Source: Bdellovibrionales bacterium
GTDB lineage: Bacteria; Bdellovibrionota; Bdellovibrionia; Bdellovibrionales; JAGQZY01
Assembly (NCBI GenBank): GCA_031426555.1
Contig: JANPLN010000047.1
Location: forward strand, 1-47,253
Reading direction: 5' to 3'
Length of the DNA: 47,253 nucleotides
The notes beneath the pieces were generated by a model. The model did not search any database and had not been told where the DNA came from. It saw only the letters and a list, made by a program, of their open reading frames with translations. Shown piece after piece: positions 26,745 to 37,707 of this stretch. A program made the position numbers and the translations under genes. Within the stretch, counting starts at the first letter, position 1, and each line of letters starts with the position of its first letter.

Positions 26745-28867
26745 TGATCGAGTCTTTCCAATAATTTCAGGGCAGCTGTGGTCAACACCGTTCCCGGGCC
26801 AAAAATTTCATGGACGCCCATGGCGTAAAGAGCCTCGTAGTCCGACGGCGGAATTACTCCACCCACCACAATCAAAAGATCCGTACGACCGAGAATTTTT
26901 AATTCTTTTTGTAATTCGGGAACAAGGCTCAAATGCCCGGCGGCTAAACTGCTCACTCCAACGATATGAACATCGTTCTCTACAGCTTGTTTGGCCACCT
27001 CACGTGGAGTTTGAAACAGCGGGCCGATATCCACATCGAAACCAAAATCTGAAAAAGCAGTGGCAATCACTTTTTGTCCACGGTCGTGGCCGTCTTGTCC
27101 CATTTTAGCAATTAATAAGCGCGGCGCCCGTCCCATTTTTTTTCTCAACAGATCGACTTTGTTTCTTAAAGCGTCCACATCCTGTTTATTTTTAGCCATT
27201 TCTGCTCCATACACTCCGCTCATCTGGCGAATCACTGCTCTGTGCCGTCCAAAAACCTTTTCTAAGGCATCACTGATTTCGCCAACTGTGGCCCGCGCGC
27301 GCACAGCTTCGACGGCCAACTCTAATAAATTTCCACTTTCGTTTTGGCAGCTCTCGGTTAAGGCAATCAAGCATTTTTGCAAGCGATCTTCATCGCGATG
27401 GGCTTTGAGCTCCTTCAGCCGTAGAATTTGTTGTTCGCGCACTTTACTATTATCCACTTTAAGAACATCGATTTGTTCTTTGTCGGGATTTTTAAAACGA
27501 TTCACACCGATCAGTGCTTGATCTCCCGAATCGATGCGAGCCTGGATTCTTGCCGCCGATTCTTCGATGCGCATTTTTGGTAAGCCCTGCTCGATGGCGC
27601 GCGCCATGCCCCCGCATTCATCGATTTCACGTAGGTGCTCGCGAGTTCGAGTCATTAAATCAGCAGTTAATTTTTCAACAAAATAACTTCCCCCAAAAAG
27701 ATCCACGACCTCTGTTAATCCAGATTCTTTTTGCAACAACAATTGAGTATTACGCGCTAACCGCGCACTAAAATCAGTGGGTAGCGCTAATGCTTCATCA
27801 AACGAATTCGTGTGCAGAGATTGTGTCTGCCCGATCACCGAAGCTGTGGCTTCCAAACACGTGCGCGCCAAATTGTTGTACACATCCTGTGCGGTCAAAC
27901 TCCAGCCAGAGGTTTGACAGTGCGCTCGCAACGACAAAGACCGAGGATTTTTAGGTGAAAACTTCTGAATCATTTCGGCCCAAAGAATTCGACCCGCCCG
28001 CAGTTTGGCAATCTCCATAAAGAAGTTCATTCCTATGGCCCAGAAAAACGAAACACGCGGTGCAAAGTCATCAATTTTTAAACCAGCTGCCATTCCTGTC
28101 TTTACATACTCCAGGCCATCGGCCAACGTATAAGCCAACTCTAAGTCTGCCGAAGCTCCCGCTTCCTGCATGTGATAGCCCGAAATGCTAATGCTGTTAA
28201 ACTTTGGCATTTTTTGCGACGTGTATTTAAAAATGTCGGCAATGATTCGCATGGAGGAGCGCGGTGGGTAAATATAGGTATTTCGCACCATGAACTCTTT
28301 CAAAATATCATTTTGAATGGTGCCTGTGAGTTTTTCTGGAGGCACCCCTTGCTCTTCTGCGGCCACGATGTAGAGAGCAAGAATCGGCAACACAGCGCCA
28401 TTCATGGTCATGGAAACACTCATCTGATCCAACGGAATATCGCGAAAGAGAACCTGCATATCCAGAATGGAATCCACAGCAACGCCCGCCATGCCAACAT
28501 CACCTAAAACCCGCGGATGATCCGAATCGTAGCCGCGATGGGTGGCCAGATCAAACGCAATGGAAAGTCCCTTTTGTCCCGCCGCTAAATTTCGCCGGTA
28601 AAAAGCATTGCTCTCTTCGGCTGTGGAAAACCCAGCGTACTGACGAATCGTCCACGGCGTGGACAAATACATGGTCGGATAGGGCCCTTTGGCAAAGGGT
28701 GCTAAACCTGGGTAGGAATTTACAAAATCTAAACCCTTTATATCTTCGAAAGCATAATGATCAAAGATTGGAAACCCTTCTGGGGTGACCCTGTTCTCGA
28801 CGGGTGCCGGCGACTTTCTCTTTTGTGGTTTTGCCCAGGGAATTTGCGTGATGTCGGTGCTGTTCAC
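26741..28867 (-). CDS. scpA: Methylmalonyl-CoA mutase, catalytic (B12-binding) subunit
   Basis: [47 protein letters not shown] (DxHxxG), SSLAAGH. Confidence 0.96.
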   Translation of the reverse strand: MNSTDITQIPWAKPQKRKSPAPVENRVTPEGFPIFDHYAFEDIKGLDFVNSYPGLAPFAKGPYPTMYLSTPWTIRQYAGFSTAEESNAFYRRNLAAGQKGLSIAFDLATHRGYDSDHPRVLGDVGMAGVAVDSILDMQVLFRDIPLDQMSVSMTMNGAVLPILALYIVAAEEQGVPPEKLTGTIQNDILKEFMVRNTYIYPPRSSMRIIADIFKYTSQKMPKFNSISISGYHMQEAGASADLELAYTLADGLEYVKTGMAAGLKIDDFAPRVSFFWAIGMNFFMEIAKLRAGRILWAEMIQKFSPKNPRSLSLRAHCQTSGWSLTAQDVYNNLARTCLEATASVIGQTQSLHTNSFDEALALPTDFSARLARNTQLLLQKESGLTEVVDLFGGSYFVEKLTADLMTRTREHLREIDECGGMARAIEQGLPKMRIEESAARIQARIDSGDQALIGVNRFKNPDKEQIDVLKVDNSKVREQQILRLKELKAHRDEDRLQKCLIALTESCQNESGNLLELAVEAVRARATVGEISDALEKVFGRHRAVIRQMSGVYGAEMAKNKQDVDALRNKVDLLRKKMGRAPRLLIAKMGQDGHDRGQKVIATAFSDFGFDVDIGPLFQTPREVAKQAVENDVHIVGVSSLAAGHLSLVPELQKELKILGRTDLLIVVGGVIPPSDYEALYAMGVHEIFGPGTVLTTAALKLLERLDQ

Positions 28868-30594
28868 ACACCCTCCAACACAAGACTTTGCATCTCTTTA
28901 ATAATCTCAAGAATATTAACATCTGTTTGTAAAAATTTATCCACCTTCGAAGTGTCTTTGAGCGTATTAAAAGACCATAAACGGGCCCGCGATTGCTGAC
29001 GAAGTTGTAGTGCCATGGTCTCTTCCATTTCATCATTGCTGGGAACGAGGATGATCAAACCCTCTTGAGCCATGGTGGGCCATGATGTGGGTTCGGGCGT
29101 ATGCACGTCCATGGTAAAGCCGGCCACAGAGAAAATTTGCGAAAGCCAATTGATTTTCTTTTCCACAACCGGTCCGCCACCTTTGATCACCTTGATGCAA
29201 GGGCGATTTCTCGTTTTGTGTCGATACTGATCGCTGCGAATTTGTACCACATCCCAATCGTAACAAACCGAATTCACAACCAGAGGTTCCACAGTGAGAT
29301 AATCGTCGGGAGATTTGGTCAAAAATAACGGATCGATGATATCGCTCAAGCGCATGAGCGAATTTTTGTCGACGGTTTCGTCGATGGTTTGTGGAACCAC
29401 ATACTTATTAACGCCAATAATTTCTTTCTGAAAATAACAGAGCTGGTTTTTGGAAAACTCTTCCTGTCGCTTTAGTTCGGTTTGTAACCATCCCGATCGG
29501 ACCGCTTCAAAAAGACCGCCCTTTTTTTCCACTTCCTGAAAGAACATCCATGCTTTTTCACAAATGCTATCAGTCGTTTTTTCGAACAACGACGCGCCAT
29601 CCAACATGTTATGCACACCAGCCACAAAACCTTCTTGTTTTAAAAGCAGTGGAATGTTTGTCGACAAGCGCATGGCATCGGGAGACTTTTTTCGATTGAG
29701 GGCATCGTAAGGGATACATTTAAATCCTTGCGCGCCACCCAGCGCCGCAGAAAGCGCCATGAGCGTAATCCGCAATAAATTATTCTGGGTATCGCGACCC
29801 GAAAAAAACCGCAGCGACGGAAGTGTGTAAATCTCATTATTCAAATCCATATCTTGGCCAAGGACTTCACTCAGCCTCTGCCATAGAATACGAAGGGCTG
29901 CAATTTTAGAAGTTTCGATCAAAATATCGGTACCCAGCGCCAGCCCGAAAGAAAATCTCTTCAGCGTCTGCGCAGGTGGCACGCCTACGGCATCCAGCTC
30001 CCGCAAAGTGGCATAGGCCAACGACAACATCACTCCCAGTTCCACATGGGGCTCGGCGCCGGCCCACTGATAGGGGGCAGAGCTTAAATAAAACCAAATC
30101 ACTTCGTCGGGCATCAACGCCGATGATTTAAAAATCGTGTCCCAGTTTGCAAATGGCTTTTTTAAAATTTCACCGCGGGTGAGTCCAAAGGAAAGGGGGC
30201 TCCATCCCAGATGCAGCTGATGGCCATTCTGTACAAGCTGTTGGATTTTTGCACTTTGCTCAGCACTGGGTAAAAAAGGAAAGGGTTGCGATAAAAACAA
30301 GGTCTTGTGCCGTAAACTTTGCTCAAGTTGAATATCCATAAGTTCACGAAAGCGAAAGCCAACGTCCGCATGGTGAATCCACTCACTCATGCCACGAGAA
30401 ACTAAGTCTTCATAATTCTGAACAGCTAAAAATTTTGTCTCACCGCGAACCTGAAAAGGCTCCGGGGACGAGCCCAAAGAAAATGGACTTACACTTTCAT
30501 TGCCAAAGATTTTTTTATCAAAACGCGGCAGCTCCGTTTTTTTTAACGACGATACGATTTCATTTTCCCAGGTTTTTTGATCAAACTGCCACAT
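28864..30594 (-). CDS. mutA: Methylmalonyl-CoA mutase small (non-catalytic) subunit-like protein
   Basis: [50 protein letters not shown]; no DxHxxG; overlaps scpA by 4 nt. Confidence 0.75.
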   Translation of the reverse strand: MWQFDQKTWENEIVSSLKKTELPRFDKKIFGNESVSPFSLGSSPEPFQVRGETKFLAVQNYEDLVSRGMSEWIHHADVGFRFRELMDIQLEQSLRHKTLFLSQPFPFLPSAEQSAKIQQLVQNGHQLHLGWSPLSFGLTRGEILKKPFANWDTIFKSSALMPDEVIWFYLSSAPYQWAGAEPHVELGVMLSLAYATLRELDAVGVPPAQTLKRFSFGLALGTDILIETSKIAALRILWQRLSEVLGQDMDLNNEIYTLPSLRFFSGRDTQNNLLRITLMALSAALGGAQGFKCIPYDALNRKKSPDAMRLSTNIPLLLKQEGFVAGVHNMLDGASLFEKTTDSICEKAWMFFQEVEKKGGLFEAVRSGWLQTELKRQEEFSKNQLCYFQKEIIGVNKYVVPQTIDETVDKNSLMRLSDIIDPLFLTKSPDDYLTVEPLVVNSVCYDWDVVQIRSDQYRHKTRNRPCIKVIKGGGPVVEKKINWLSQIFSVAGFTMDVHTPEPTSWPTMAQEGLIILVPSNDEMEETMALQLRQQSRARLWSFNTLKDTSKVDKFLQTDVNILEIIKEMQSLVLEGV

Positions 30595-30638
30595 ACTGCA
30601 GAACTTTAGCAGGACGCTTTAAAAGTCTCAAACACTAA

Positions 30639-33494
30639 TTATTGAGCGCTGGTACGGCGCTCGTCCTCGGTGCCGCTGGGGGGCCCCTGATCAGCACTCA
30701 TACGATGCACATTTTCGATGTACGGCATCGAGCACAGTGGGCCCAAGTCAGGATCTTTAAAAAGCAACTCAATAAATTTTCCCGTCACCTCTGACTGCCA
30801 TCCCGCCGACGTGGCAGACTGCGGTCGATCCGTCATATCCGTAAGTTTCATATCTTGCTTAAATGGTTTCCAACCAAAGAAGTTCCATTCAGATGAATTC
30901 ACCCTATATTCTAAAACCTCATTCCAATACTTCTCCTGGTTCACAACAATCCAATCCTGAAGTTTGGCTTCCACTTTTTCACTGCACTGGGCAAGGCGGC
31001 TTAACTCGTTTAAAATCAATTGTCTGTCGGCATCAGAAGAGGAAAGGTTTTTCAAACCTTTCTCAAAAACATGTTCTTTTTCGTAAAACAACAAATTGAA
31101 AGACTTCAAACGGTTGGAGCGCGCGAACGATGACAGGGCACTGATCACCAAAAGCACATCTTCGCGAGTGGCTTCGAGGCGCTGCAGCTGGCTTGGAAAC
31201 CATTCCGTTTGTTTTTTAAAGGCGCCAATTTGTGCGAGACCTATCCCTTTACCGGCCTCAGTTTGAGCCGTCAAAAGAGCCGGAATGGATTTTTTTAAGA
31301 AAATATATTGAATCAAGTTTTCTTCAAAATTTGGAAAATACGAATAAAGGCTTTTTGCTTCTTCGGCAGAGAGTCCGCCTTTAATAGTCTCGCGAATGTT
31401 AGGCACAATGTGTTTCAAACCGACGTTGAACTCTTCGATGGTTAATAAATCATTTTCATCTTTATCGAAACGCAAAAATAAACTCTCTGCATACTGGCTG
31501 ATCGATCCCATCATGCGGAAGGCATCTGTATCGAAGGGCTCATTAACGATCAGCCCCTGCCGTCCCGCCTTTTCAAGATAATTTAAGTACAACTCCCGAT
31601 CCGCTCTTGGATGGGTTTTAAGATATTTAATAAGTCGTGGAAGAGAAAGTAACATGACTTCTTCGTGCTGCTCTGCAAACGCACTTCGCGCGCATTCGGC
31701 ATCAAAACGATGATAGCCAAAGACATCAAATGGTGCATTTGCATCACGGCACCCAGCAAAATGATTTTGCATAATGTTGTCTGACTTGAGTCCCGTGGAT
31801 ATGGCAATTTCAAAATACTCGACGGCTTCCGAAAAATTCATCTTTTCCGGTTCATTGGATTGGGATCCAAAAAGATTAATTTCCTGAAGCGCCTGTTTTC
31901 CCGAAGTGCGACTTCGCGGATCACCAAGTTTCAGATCCAGAGCCAATGGTCGCAACCACTGATAAAACTCCTGAGACTGTTGAGAACTTAAATAATAGTC
32001 CACTAAGTTACTCTTTTGACCATTCCCATTGAAAGGTCGTACAAACAATTCGGCCAAAGTGTAAATGCTATTAAAAAGAACAAGATCTTTGTAGTTCACA
32101 TTGTCTTCGCCAATGACCACATAATCATTCCAATGGACATGATCTACTCTTGATAAAACACGAATCAGGTTACCCACAACCGGGCTGCTCCGACTGGTTC
32201 GTTGCCTGTAATGAGAATTCACAAATGCTGCCTTAGAACCACTGAATGCTTGTGCGTTTGTGTTGATCCACTGCTGCCGTTCCTGCCACTGTGCAATCAC
32301 TCGTTTCAGCACATCGACATTTTCTACATTTAAAAATTGCAGATCGCAGTCGCCACGACACTCCTGTTCTGTTAGCCAGCGGCCAAATAACTGAGGTACC
32401 ATTTGACGAAGAGTATCCGCCTTTAAACCACTATCGACAAAACAGTCAGTTCGCTCCAAAGTAACGATAAAATCCTGTATATAACGAAGCGGGATTTTTT
32501 GCGATGGTGCTTGTACAAGAGCGCTTCGCACTCCTTTTAAGATTTTATCTTGGGTTGCAATTAAGGCGCTGATCTTCTCATTAGTAAAAACATTAGGATG
32601 TTTTGTCATTCGAGCAACAAGTCCGGGGAAAGTAAAGATGGTTGATATATCTTTCTTAAAAACATGCTCGTCGGAAATAAACTTATGAAATTGCATGTAT
32701 CCTAGATACAAAAACGACAAATTGCTTAACACATCAGGCAGCTTTTGAATTTCCACTGTGCCTTCTTGGCCCACTGAGAGCATGGCCTGAAGGGAATTTA
32801 CGATTTCGAAGGTTCTGTTCCAATGATTTGTGTCGGCATCCTGGCTCAGGAAATATTTTATCAGGCGAATGAGACCGTTGTATTCAAATGTACCGGTGGA
32901 TTTACGTGGCAGATTGCGAAAAACAGAAATGACTTTTTGCAAACGTATTCCAGAGGCTTCGAAACCTTCAAGATCCGTGCTCTGATCTTTGGCAAAAAGC
33001 ATTCTGCGATCAGGAGCCAAAGTTGCAAGACTGTCGTAGACATAATCGATATAAAGAAGGAGTTTTCTTACGTCATCCTTAGAGACTGTTTCAACATCGC
33101 CACCAAGCAAAGATTGCTTTAACAAAAAAGCTTCTTCCATAAATTGGATAGAATATTCATAAGAATCAAAAGCTAGGACTAAGAAATCGTGAATCTCTTG
33201 AGGCGTATAAGATCCTTTTTTTGCACCCTGAGTGTGTTCAACAAAAAGCTTCACCGCATCCTTCAAGCATTTTTTCATCTTCACAAGCTCGGTCGCTATT
33301 TCGCTATCGTCGCGCTGAATATTAAAGTACTCGCGAAGAAGTTTCCCGTTGTCCTTAACACAGGAAACCCCTGACTTTTCACTGAAACTCAACTCGTACA
33401 CGTTGGATTTTTTAGGTTCGTCTTTAAAAAAATAAGAACACGACGTCGTCACTAGCAGCACCAGTCCTAGAACAGTCCATTGTCTAGAAAACAT
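30639..33494 (-). CDS. Large helical hypothetical lipoprotein with EF-hand-like loop
   Basis: Lipobox-like TTSC; 951 aa; FDKDENDLLTIEEF. Confidence 0.75.
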   Translation of the reverse strand: MFSRQWTVLGLVLLVTTSCSYFFKDEPKKSNVYELSFSEKSGVSCVKDNGKLLREYFNIQRDDSEIATELVKMKKCLKDAVKLFVEHTQGAKKGSYTPQEIHDFLVLAFDSYEYSIQFMEEAFLLKQSLLGGDVETVSKDDVRKLLLYIDYVYDSLATLAPDRRMLFAKDQSTDLEGFEASGIRLQKVISVFRNLPRKSTGTFEYNGLIRLIKYFLSQDADTNHWNRTFEIVNSLQAMLSVGQEGTVEIQKLPDVLSNLSFLYLGYMQFHKFISDEHVFKKDISTIFTFPGLVARMTKHPNVFTNEKISALIATQDKILKGVRSALVQAPSQKIPLRYIQDFIVTLERTDCFVDSGLKADTLRQMVPQLFGRWLTEQECRGDCDLQFLNVENVDVLKRVIAQWQERQQWINTNAQAFSGSKAAFVNSHYRQRTSRSSPVVGNLIRVLSRVDHVHWNDYVVIGEDNVNYKDLVLFNSIYTLAELFVRPFNGNGQKSNLVDYYLSSQQSQEFYQWLRPLALDLKLGDPRSRTSGKQALQEINLFGSQSNEPEKMNFSEAVEYFEIAISTGLKSDNIMQNHFAGCRDANAPFDVFGYHRFDAECARSAFAEQHEEVMLLSLPRLIKYLKTHPRADRELYLNYLEKAGRQGLIVNEPFDTDAFRMMGSISQYAESLFLRFDKDENDLLTIEEFNVGLKHIVPNIRETIKGGLSAEEAKSLYSYFPNFEENLIQYIFLKKSIPALLTAQTEAGKGIGLAQIGAFKKQTEWFPSQLQRLEATREDVLLVISALSSFARSNRLKSFNLLFYEKEHVFEKGLKNLSSSDADRQLILNELSRLAQCSEKVEAKLQDWIVVNQEKYWNEVLEYRVNSSEWNFFGWKPFKQDMKLTDMTDRPQSATSAGWQSEVTGKFIELLFKDPDLGPLCSMPYIENVHRMSADQGPPSGTEDERRTSAQ

Positions 33495-34842
33495 ATTTTA
33501 CCCCCGCTTGAAATCGATCCTTATCCAAGTAATTCACTAACAGGTTGTTGTAGGGCTCGTCGTTAGGACGGTCTCCGCCAAACAGATCCATGCGGGCGAA
33601 AACATTCAATGCCTCAATTGGAGCATAGATCAATTCCCAAGAGATCAATGTGGTCTCGGCAGTATAGTCGTAAGCAACCCGGGCTTTTGATTTAAATAAA
33701 AATCCTTGCTCTCTTGGAAAGAAAACCGAGGTCAGGCGAAAATCAACAGCGTTGTCGTATTGGTTGCGAAAAGAAAAAATATCGAGTTGCCCAGCGCCCG
33801 TGAGTCCCTGAATAGATACGTCGTTATTGTAGGTTTTTAAAGCCCCAGCCTCTACAGATTGAAACGGGCTCAACTGATAAAACATATTCAGTCCCACCTT
33901 GTACTGGTCGGAGTAGTGAGGATAAATTTGCGTTTCGATGTCAAACTTCACGTCGTTTTCGTACAGGCCAGAAAGTGTAACACCCCAGCGATTTCCTTTG
34001 TACCCCAAATCCATGGTGGCGATTTTATGCTCTGCCACCTGGGGCTGAACTTTGATGTCGCCCGAATTGGTTGGCGGCAGATTTACTGTTCCATTAAACG
34101 GAGTTACCAGTTCGTTGCGTTGTTTTAAAAAATATCCTACTCGCATCCACAGACTTTCATCCTCAGATTCCAAGAAGACCGACGTGCCCACCGACGGGCG
34201 AAAAATAATTTCTGAGATGTCGGGAGTGTTGACCATGTAATTCAAATCAAAAGATGTTCCCGAGAGAGCTAAAATATCAACGGGGCGCGAAAACCATGGA
34301 TTCCCCGACGTGAGTTTTCCATCGATGATGCTAAAGGAAGGCCCTTGTGTTGGTAAAAATAAAAAGCTGCCATAGAGATCAAAATGAAAATGCGGAGTGA
34401 TTTTATAAGTGGCGAATGCACCGGCCAAGCCCTGCGCTTCCGGTCGAGCGGCGTCCCAACGAAAGAGTGGCAATACGTCGCCCATCATCCAGTAAGTATC
34501 AAGCTGCGAAAAGTTTTTAACCATTCGCCCGACGGTCCATTCGAAGCGATCACTTTTTTGAAATGTGATGTAGGCCTGAGGAATGATGATGTAGTTTTCC
34601 AATCGTTTGCCCGCCAACCCGCCGGCACCTAAATCGAGATAAACTTTGGAGAATTCTTTTTGGCTGAGAAGCTTAAACCGACCGTGGAGTTGAACGTTAT
34701 TGAGATCACTGGCGCTCTCGGTGGCATAAAAATCACCCATCAGGGAGAGATCAAAATAGGGCTCAAACGACACCGCAAACGACGATCTCGCGAAGAATAT
34801 CAACCCCATTAATACCAAAGAGTTCCTTATGTTAAATAGCAA
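33484..34842 (-). CDS. Outer-membrane beta-barrel protein
   Basis: Signal peptide, amphipathic strands, ends GVKYVF; TTG start after GGAGG RBS. Confidence 0.7.
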   Translation of the reverse strand: MLFNIRNSLVLMGLIFFARSSFAVSFEPYFDLSLMGDFYATESASDLNNVQLHGRFKLLSQKEFSKVYLDLGAGGLAGKRLENYIIIPQAYITFQKSDRFEWTVGRMVKNFSQLDTYWMMGDVLPLFRWDAARPEAQGLAGAFATYKITPHFHFDLYGSFLFLPTQGPSFSIIDGKLTSGNPWFSRPVDILALSGTSFDLNYMVNTPDISEIIFRPSVGTSVFLESEDESLWMRVGYFLKQRNELVTPFNGTVNLPPTNSGDIKVQPQVAEHKIATMDLGYKGNRWGVTLSGLYENDVKFDIETQIYPHYSDQYKVGLNMFYQLSPFQSVEAGALKTYNNDVSIQGLTGAGQLDIFSFRNQYDNAVDFRLTSVFFPREQGFLFKSKARVAYDYTAETTLISWELIYAPIEALNVFARMDLFGGDRPNDEPYNNLLVNYLDKDRFQAGVKYVF

Positions 34843-34865
34843 TCAATAGCCTCCACACAGTACTA

Positions 34866-34882
34866 CGCAAGAAACGTTCCCA
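34866..34882 (-). promoter_or_regulatory. sigma54 (-24/-12) promoter
   Basis: Minus strand TGGGAACGTTTCTTGCG = GG-N10-GC with TTGC, about 12 nt above the GGAGG RBS of the 34842 gene. Confidence 0.6.
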
Positions 34883-35030
34883 CAGGCTCCAATAAGACTC
34901 ATTTCATAGCAAGAAAAACCCTCAAAAACTCGAAAAAAGACATGAATTGTCACGATCGCTTAAAAAAATTACAGTGCCTTAAAAAGCCATAAAATTCACT
35001 TATGGGCTAACCCACCAGGCTTGAGCCTAT

Positions 35031-37028
35031 CTAGCGCACAAATGGATAGGCCGAGAGGTACTCCTCGTGTTGCTGCAGCCAGTCTCGCATGGGCTTGGTT
35101 TGTGGTATCCAGCTTAGATCTTGCGCACGGAACGACCATTCCCACTCACGCGCTTGCCCGCTGACCAATTGCCAGCGCGCCTGCCCCTGCCCCTCGATGA
35201 AATCCAGCTGCCCCACAAGACTCAATCGCCCCAGTGCGGGTGCAAAGGCGGTGGATTTTTTGATGTCGAATTTATTTTTAGTGAGCACTTCGCCACTGAG
35301 ATAAACTTGTTGAAAGCGGATTTGCTGGCGAGTTTCTTCTTCAAGAACCGATGCGAACATCCAAAGTGTTGAATCATTTCGCTCGACAGTCACTTGGTCC
35401 GCCGTCAGTGCCAACTGAGGCACTGAAGCGACCCATCCCAAAAGGGCCTTGCCTTTGTTAACACTTAAATTGGTATGCTTGTAGCTCTCCCAAGCAATTT
35501 GAAATTTACCGTTCACACCATCGCCAGAATCCACCAGCCACTCGGCTTCGCCCTCGATCGCCAGAGGCGAAAGCTCTCCCGAAAGCATTAATTTTTGAAT
35601 TTCTGGTGAGAACGAAATTTGCGGTACGCGAATCTGGGCAATCATTTTCTGCTGCTTTTTATAATAAGCAGCCTCCGCCGAGCCGCTAAATTTCCCATCG
35701 CGAATTTTCATATCCGCCACCGAAAACGTGTAATGGCTGTTTTCATAACTCAGTCCCAATTGAACCTCGTCGAGAACTTGCAACAGCCGCTTGTTTTTGC
35801 GGGAAAACAAAAGCGATGCATCTTTGAACTGTAATTGCCCATCCACCTTAGAGCCGATGACGCCGACGTGACCACTGAGTGTCCCATAATCTTTAATCAC
35901 ACCAGATAACGGTAAATGCTCTTTGCCTTTCAAAATTCGGTCTAACTGAATGTTCGTTAGAATCACCTGCAAATCATTGACGTTGGCGAGCGATTTCACA
36001 TTTTTCGAAGTGACTTCCATTCCGCCATGGGGCCCTGTGATCTGACACGGTTCAAGCACCCACGGTGTCTCTTGCCACTGAGAACTTTGGTTTTGCAAAC
36101 TGAGTCCACAGTTAAACCAAACAAACTGAAAAGTCCATGGAGTATCAAACCAGCGATTCACCACACTGAGCGGTAGGTTTTGGCTTTTTAACGATACTGA
36201 AATTTTTTCGCTTTTGTTGAAGTCAACGGCAAGCCGAAGATGTCCTTCGTAATAAGCCCAGTCTCCTGAAAGGAGAATGGTCTCGGCGTTGGCCTGTATT
36301 CGAGCGTGAAACTGTGTTGCAACCGAACGTGTGGTCTTGCCCAAAACCAGTTTTTCAAAATTGAGCTGCGCCACCATTTCATCGCTGTCGACATCATCGT
36401 CCAAGTCGATTGTCAAACTTCCGAGTCCTTGAACATGTTTTTCTTTGAGAGTTTCACCCTGGATTTCTATTTTTTTTAAATAAAAATGGCGAAGGGGCAT
36501 CGTTGACAAGCGCGGCTGATGTTCCGAAAACCATCTGGTAAAATGCGCGAAAAACTCAGGGTTCTTCTGTTGTGTGGGAGCGGAAATGACGTCTTCAAAG
36601 TCGGTTTTTAGAGCATTGATATGTTTCGCCTGTGGTGTGTCGCTACACACTAGGGACTCTTGGATTTGCAGATGAGTTTTTTCGACTTCAAGAGTTCCCA
36701 ACTTTAAACGGCCCAAAAGTATTTGCGTAAGGTTCAGAGGCAAAAATAGCTGTTCGGCTTTGATCTGATATTCAAAACATCGCGAAACGCCTGAGTGCGA
36801 AAGTTTTTCGATGGAGGCACCGAGCATCGGCAAGCCCGAACGCGCAAAAACCACGGTGGGTCGACTCACTTCAATTTTCTTAGCGGCTAAAGAGCGGGAA
36901 AAAAGAGCCCATTTATCATCTAGTATTTTTTGCGCGCGATGGCTTAAAAAGCTTCCTGAAATAATACAGAAAACAACGAACATGAAAAACTTCTTAAAAG
37001 ATCTCGCGGGCTCTATGGTGTTATTCAT
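35031..37028 (-). CDS. Membrane-anchored beta-rich protein, possibly AsmA-like
   Basis: Single N-terminal TM followed by long alternating beta-strand sequence; LTQILLGRLKLGTLEV resembles the AsmA N-terminus. Confidence 0.55.
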   Translation of the reverse strand: MNNTIEPARSFKKFFMFVVFCIISGSFLSHRAQKILDDKWALFSRSLAAKKIEVSRPTVVFARSGLPMLGASIEKLSHSGVSRCFEYQIKAEQLFLPLNLTQILLGRLKLGTLEVEKTHLQIQESLVCSDTPQAKHINALKTDFEDVISAPTQQKNPEFFAHFTRWFSEHQPRLSTMPLRHFYLKKIEIQGETLKEKHVQGLGSLTIDLDDDVDSDEMVAQLNFEKLVLGKTTRSVATQFHARIQANAETILLSGDWAYYEGHLRLAVDFNKSEKISVSLKSQNLPLSVVNRWFDTPWTFQFVWFNCGLSLQNQSSQWQETPWVLEPCQITGPHGGMEVTSKNVKSLANVNDLQVILTNIQLDRILKGKEHLPLSGVIKDYGTLSGHVGVIGSKVDGQLQFKDASLLFSRKNKRLLQVLDEVQLGLSYENSHYTFSVADMKIRDGKFSGSAEAAYYKKQQKMIAQIRVPQISFSPEIQKLMLSGELSPLAIEGEAEWLVDSGDGVNGKFQIAWESYKHTNLSVNKGKALLGWVASVPQLALTADQVTVERNDSTLWMFASVLEEETRQQIRFQQVYLSGEVLTKNKFDIKKSTAFAPALGRLSLVGQLDFIEGQGQARWQLVSGQAREWEWSFRAQDLSWIPQTKPMRDWLQQHEEYLSAYPFVR

Positions 37029-37040
37029 GTTTTAATTTGC

Positions 37041-37520
37041 TTACTTAAAAGTAAATTTGACGACTTCGTATTCTTTATCACCCTTGGGACTTTTCACATG
37101 GACCTCGTCGCCTTTTTTCTTGCCGATCAACGCTCTTGCCAAAGGCGACAGCACAGAAATTAGGCCGTTTTTAACATCGGCTTCATCAAGGCCAACAATT
37201 TGGTATGTGACTTGCTCGTCGGATTCTTGGTCTTTAATTGTGACAGTGGCACCAAAAACGATTTTGTCGCTCACAATTTTTGCAGGATCCACGATCTCGG
37301 CGCCCGCTAATTTTGTCTGCACTTCAATAATACGGCCTTCAACCATGGCCTGACGCTCTTTTGCGGCATCATATTCGGCGTTTTCGCTGATATCGCCATG
37401 TGAGCGCGCTTCCTCGATGGATTTGATCACCGATGGACGCTCTTCGTGAATCAAGCGTCGGAGCTCGTCTTCGAGAAGTTTCTTCCCACGAACTGTGAGG
37501 GGTAGTATTACGTCAGTCAT
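37041..37520 (-). CDS. greA: Transcription elongation factor GreA
   Basis: ARSHGDISENAEYDAAKE, FGATV, YQIVG.DEAD...ISV.SPLARALIGK. Confidence 0.96.
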   Translation of the reverse strand: MTDVILPLTVRGKKLLEDELRRLIHEERPSVIKSIEEARSHGDISENAEYDAAKERQAMVEGRIIEVQTKLAGAEIVDPAKIVSDKIVFGATVTIKDQESDEQVTYQIVGLDEADVKNGLISVLSPLARALIGKKKGDEVHVKSPKGDKEYEVVKFTFK

Positions 37521-37647
37521 TCGGTCTCCATTCAGCCAGCCCGACCGATGTCTATAATGGCGTCGGCGTCTGGTACATCAAAATCAAACAAAAACGCGTT
37601 TATACCTAGGAACCTTTGATAAAGTCAATTCGGTGCGAAAAAATGCT

Positions 37648-37674
37648 TTAAGTTGCTTGAAAATCTGCCGAATT
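37648..37674 (+). promoter_or_regulatory. Possible sigma28 (FliA)-type promoter for mgtE-nrnA
   Basis: TTAA-N15-GCCGAATT versus consensus TAAA-N15-GCCGATAA, about 34 nt before ATG 37708. Confidence 0.35.
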
Positions 37675-37707
37675 GACATAAGACGTAGAGCGCCAATTAA
37701 GGAATTC

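Noticed and set aside
28864..30594. mutA-like gene as a pseudogene
   Set aside because: The ORF is intact and coupled to scpA; loss of catalytic motifs is normal for the small subunit of heterodimeric methylmalonyl-CoA mutase.
37521..37707. M-box riboswitch before mgtE or a structured greA leader (imperfect CCGAC/GTCGG stem)
   Set aside because: Too little room, no recognisable conserved motif, and the stem is imperfect.
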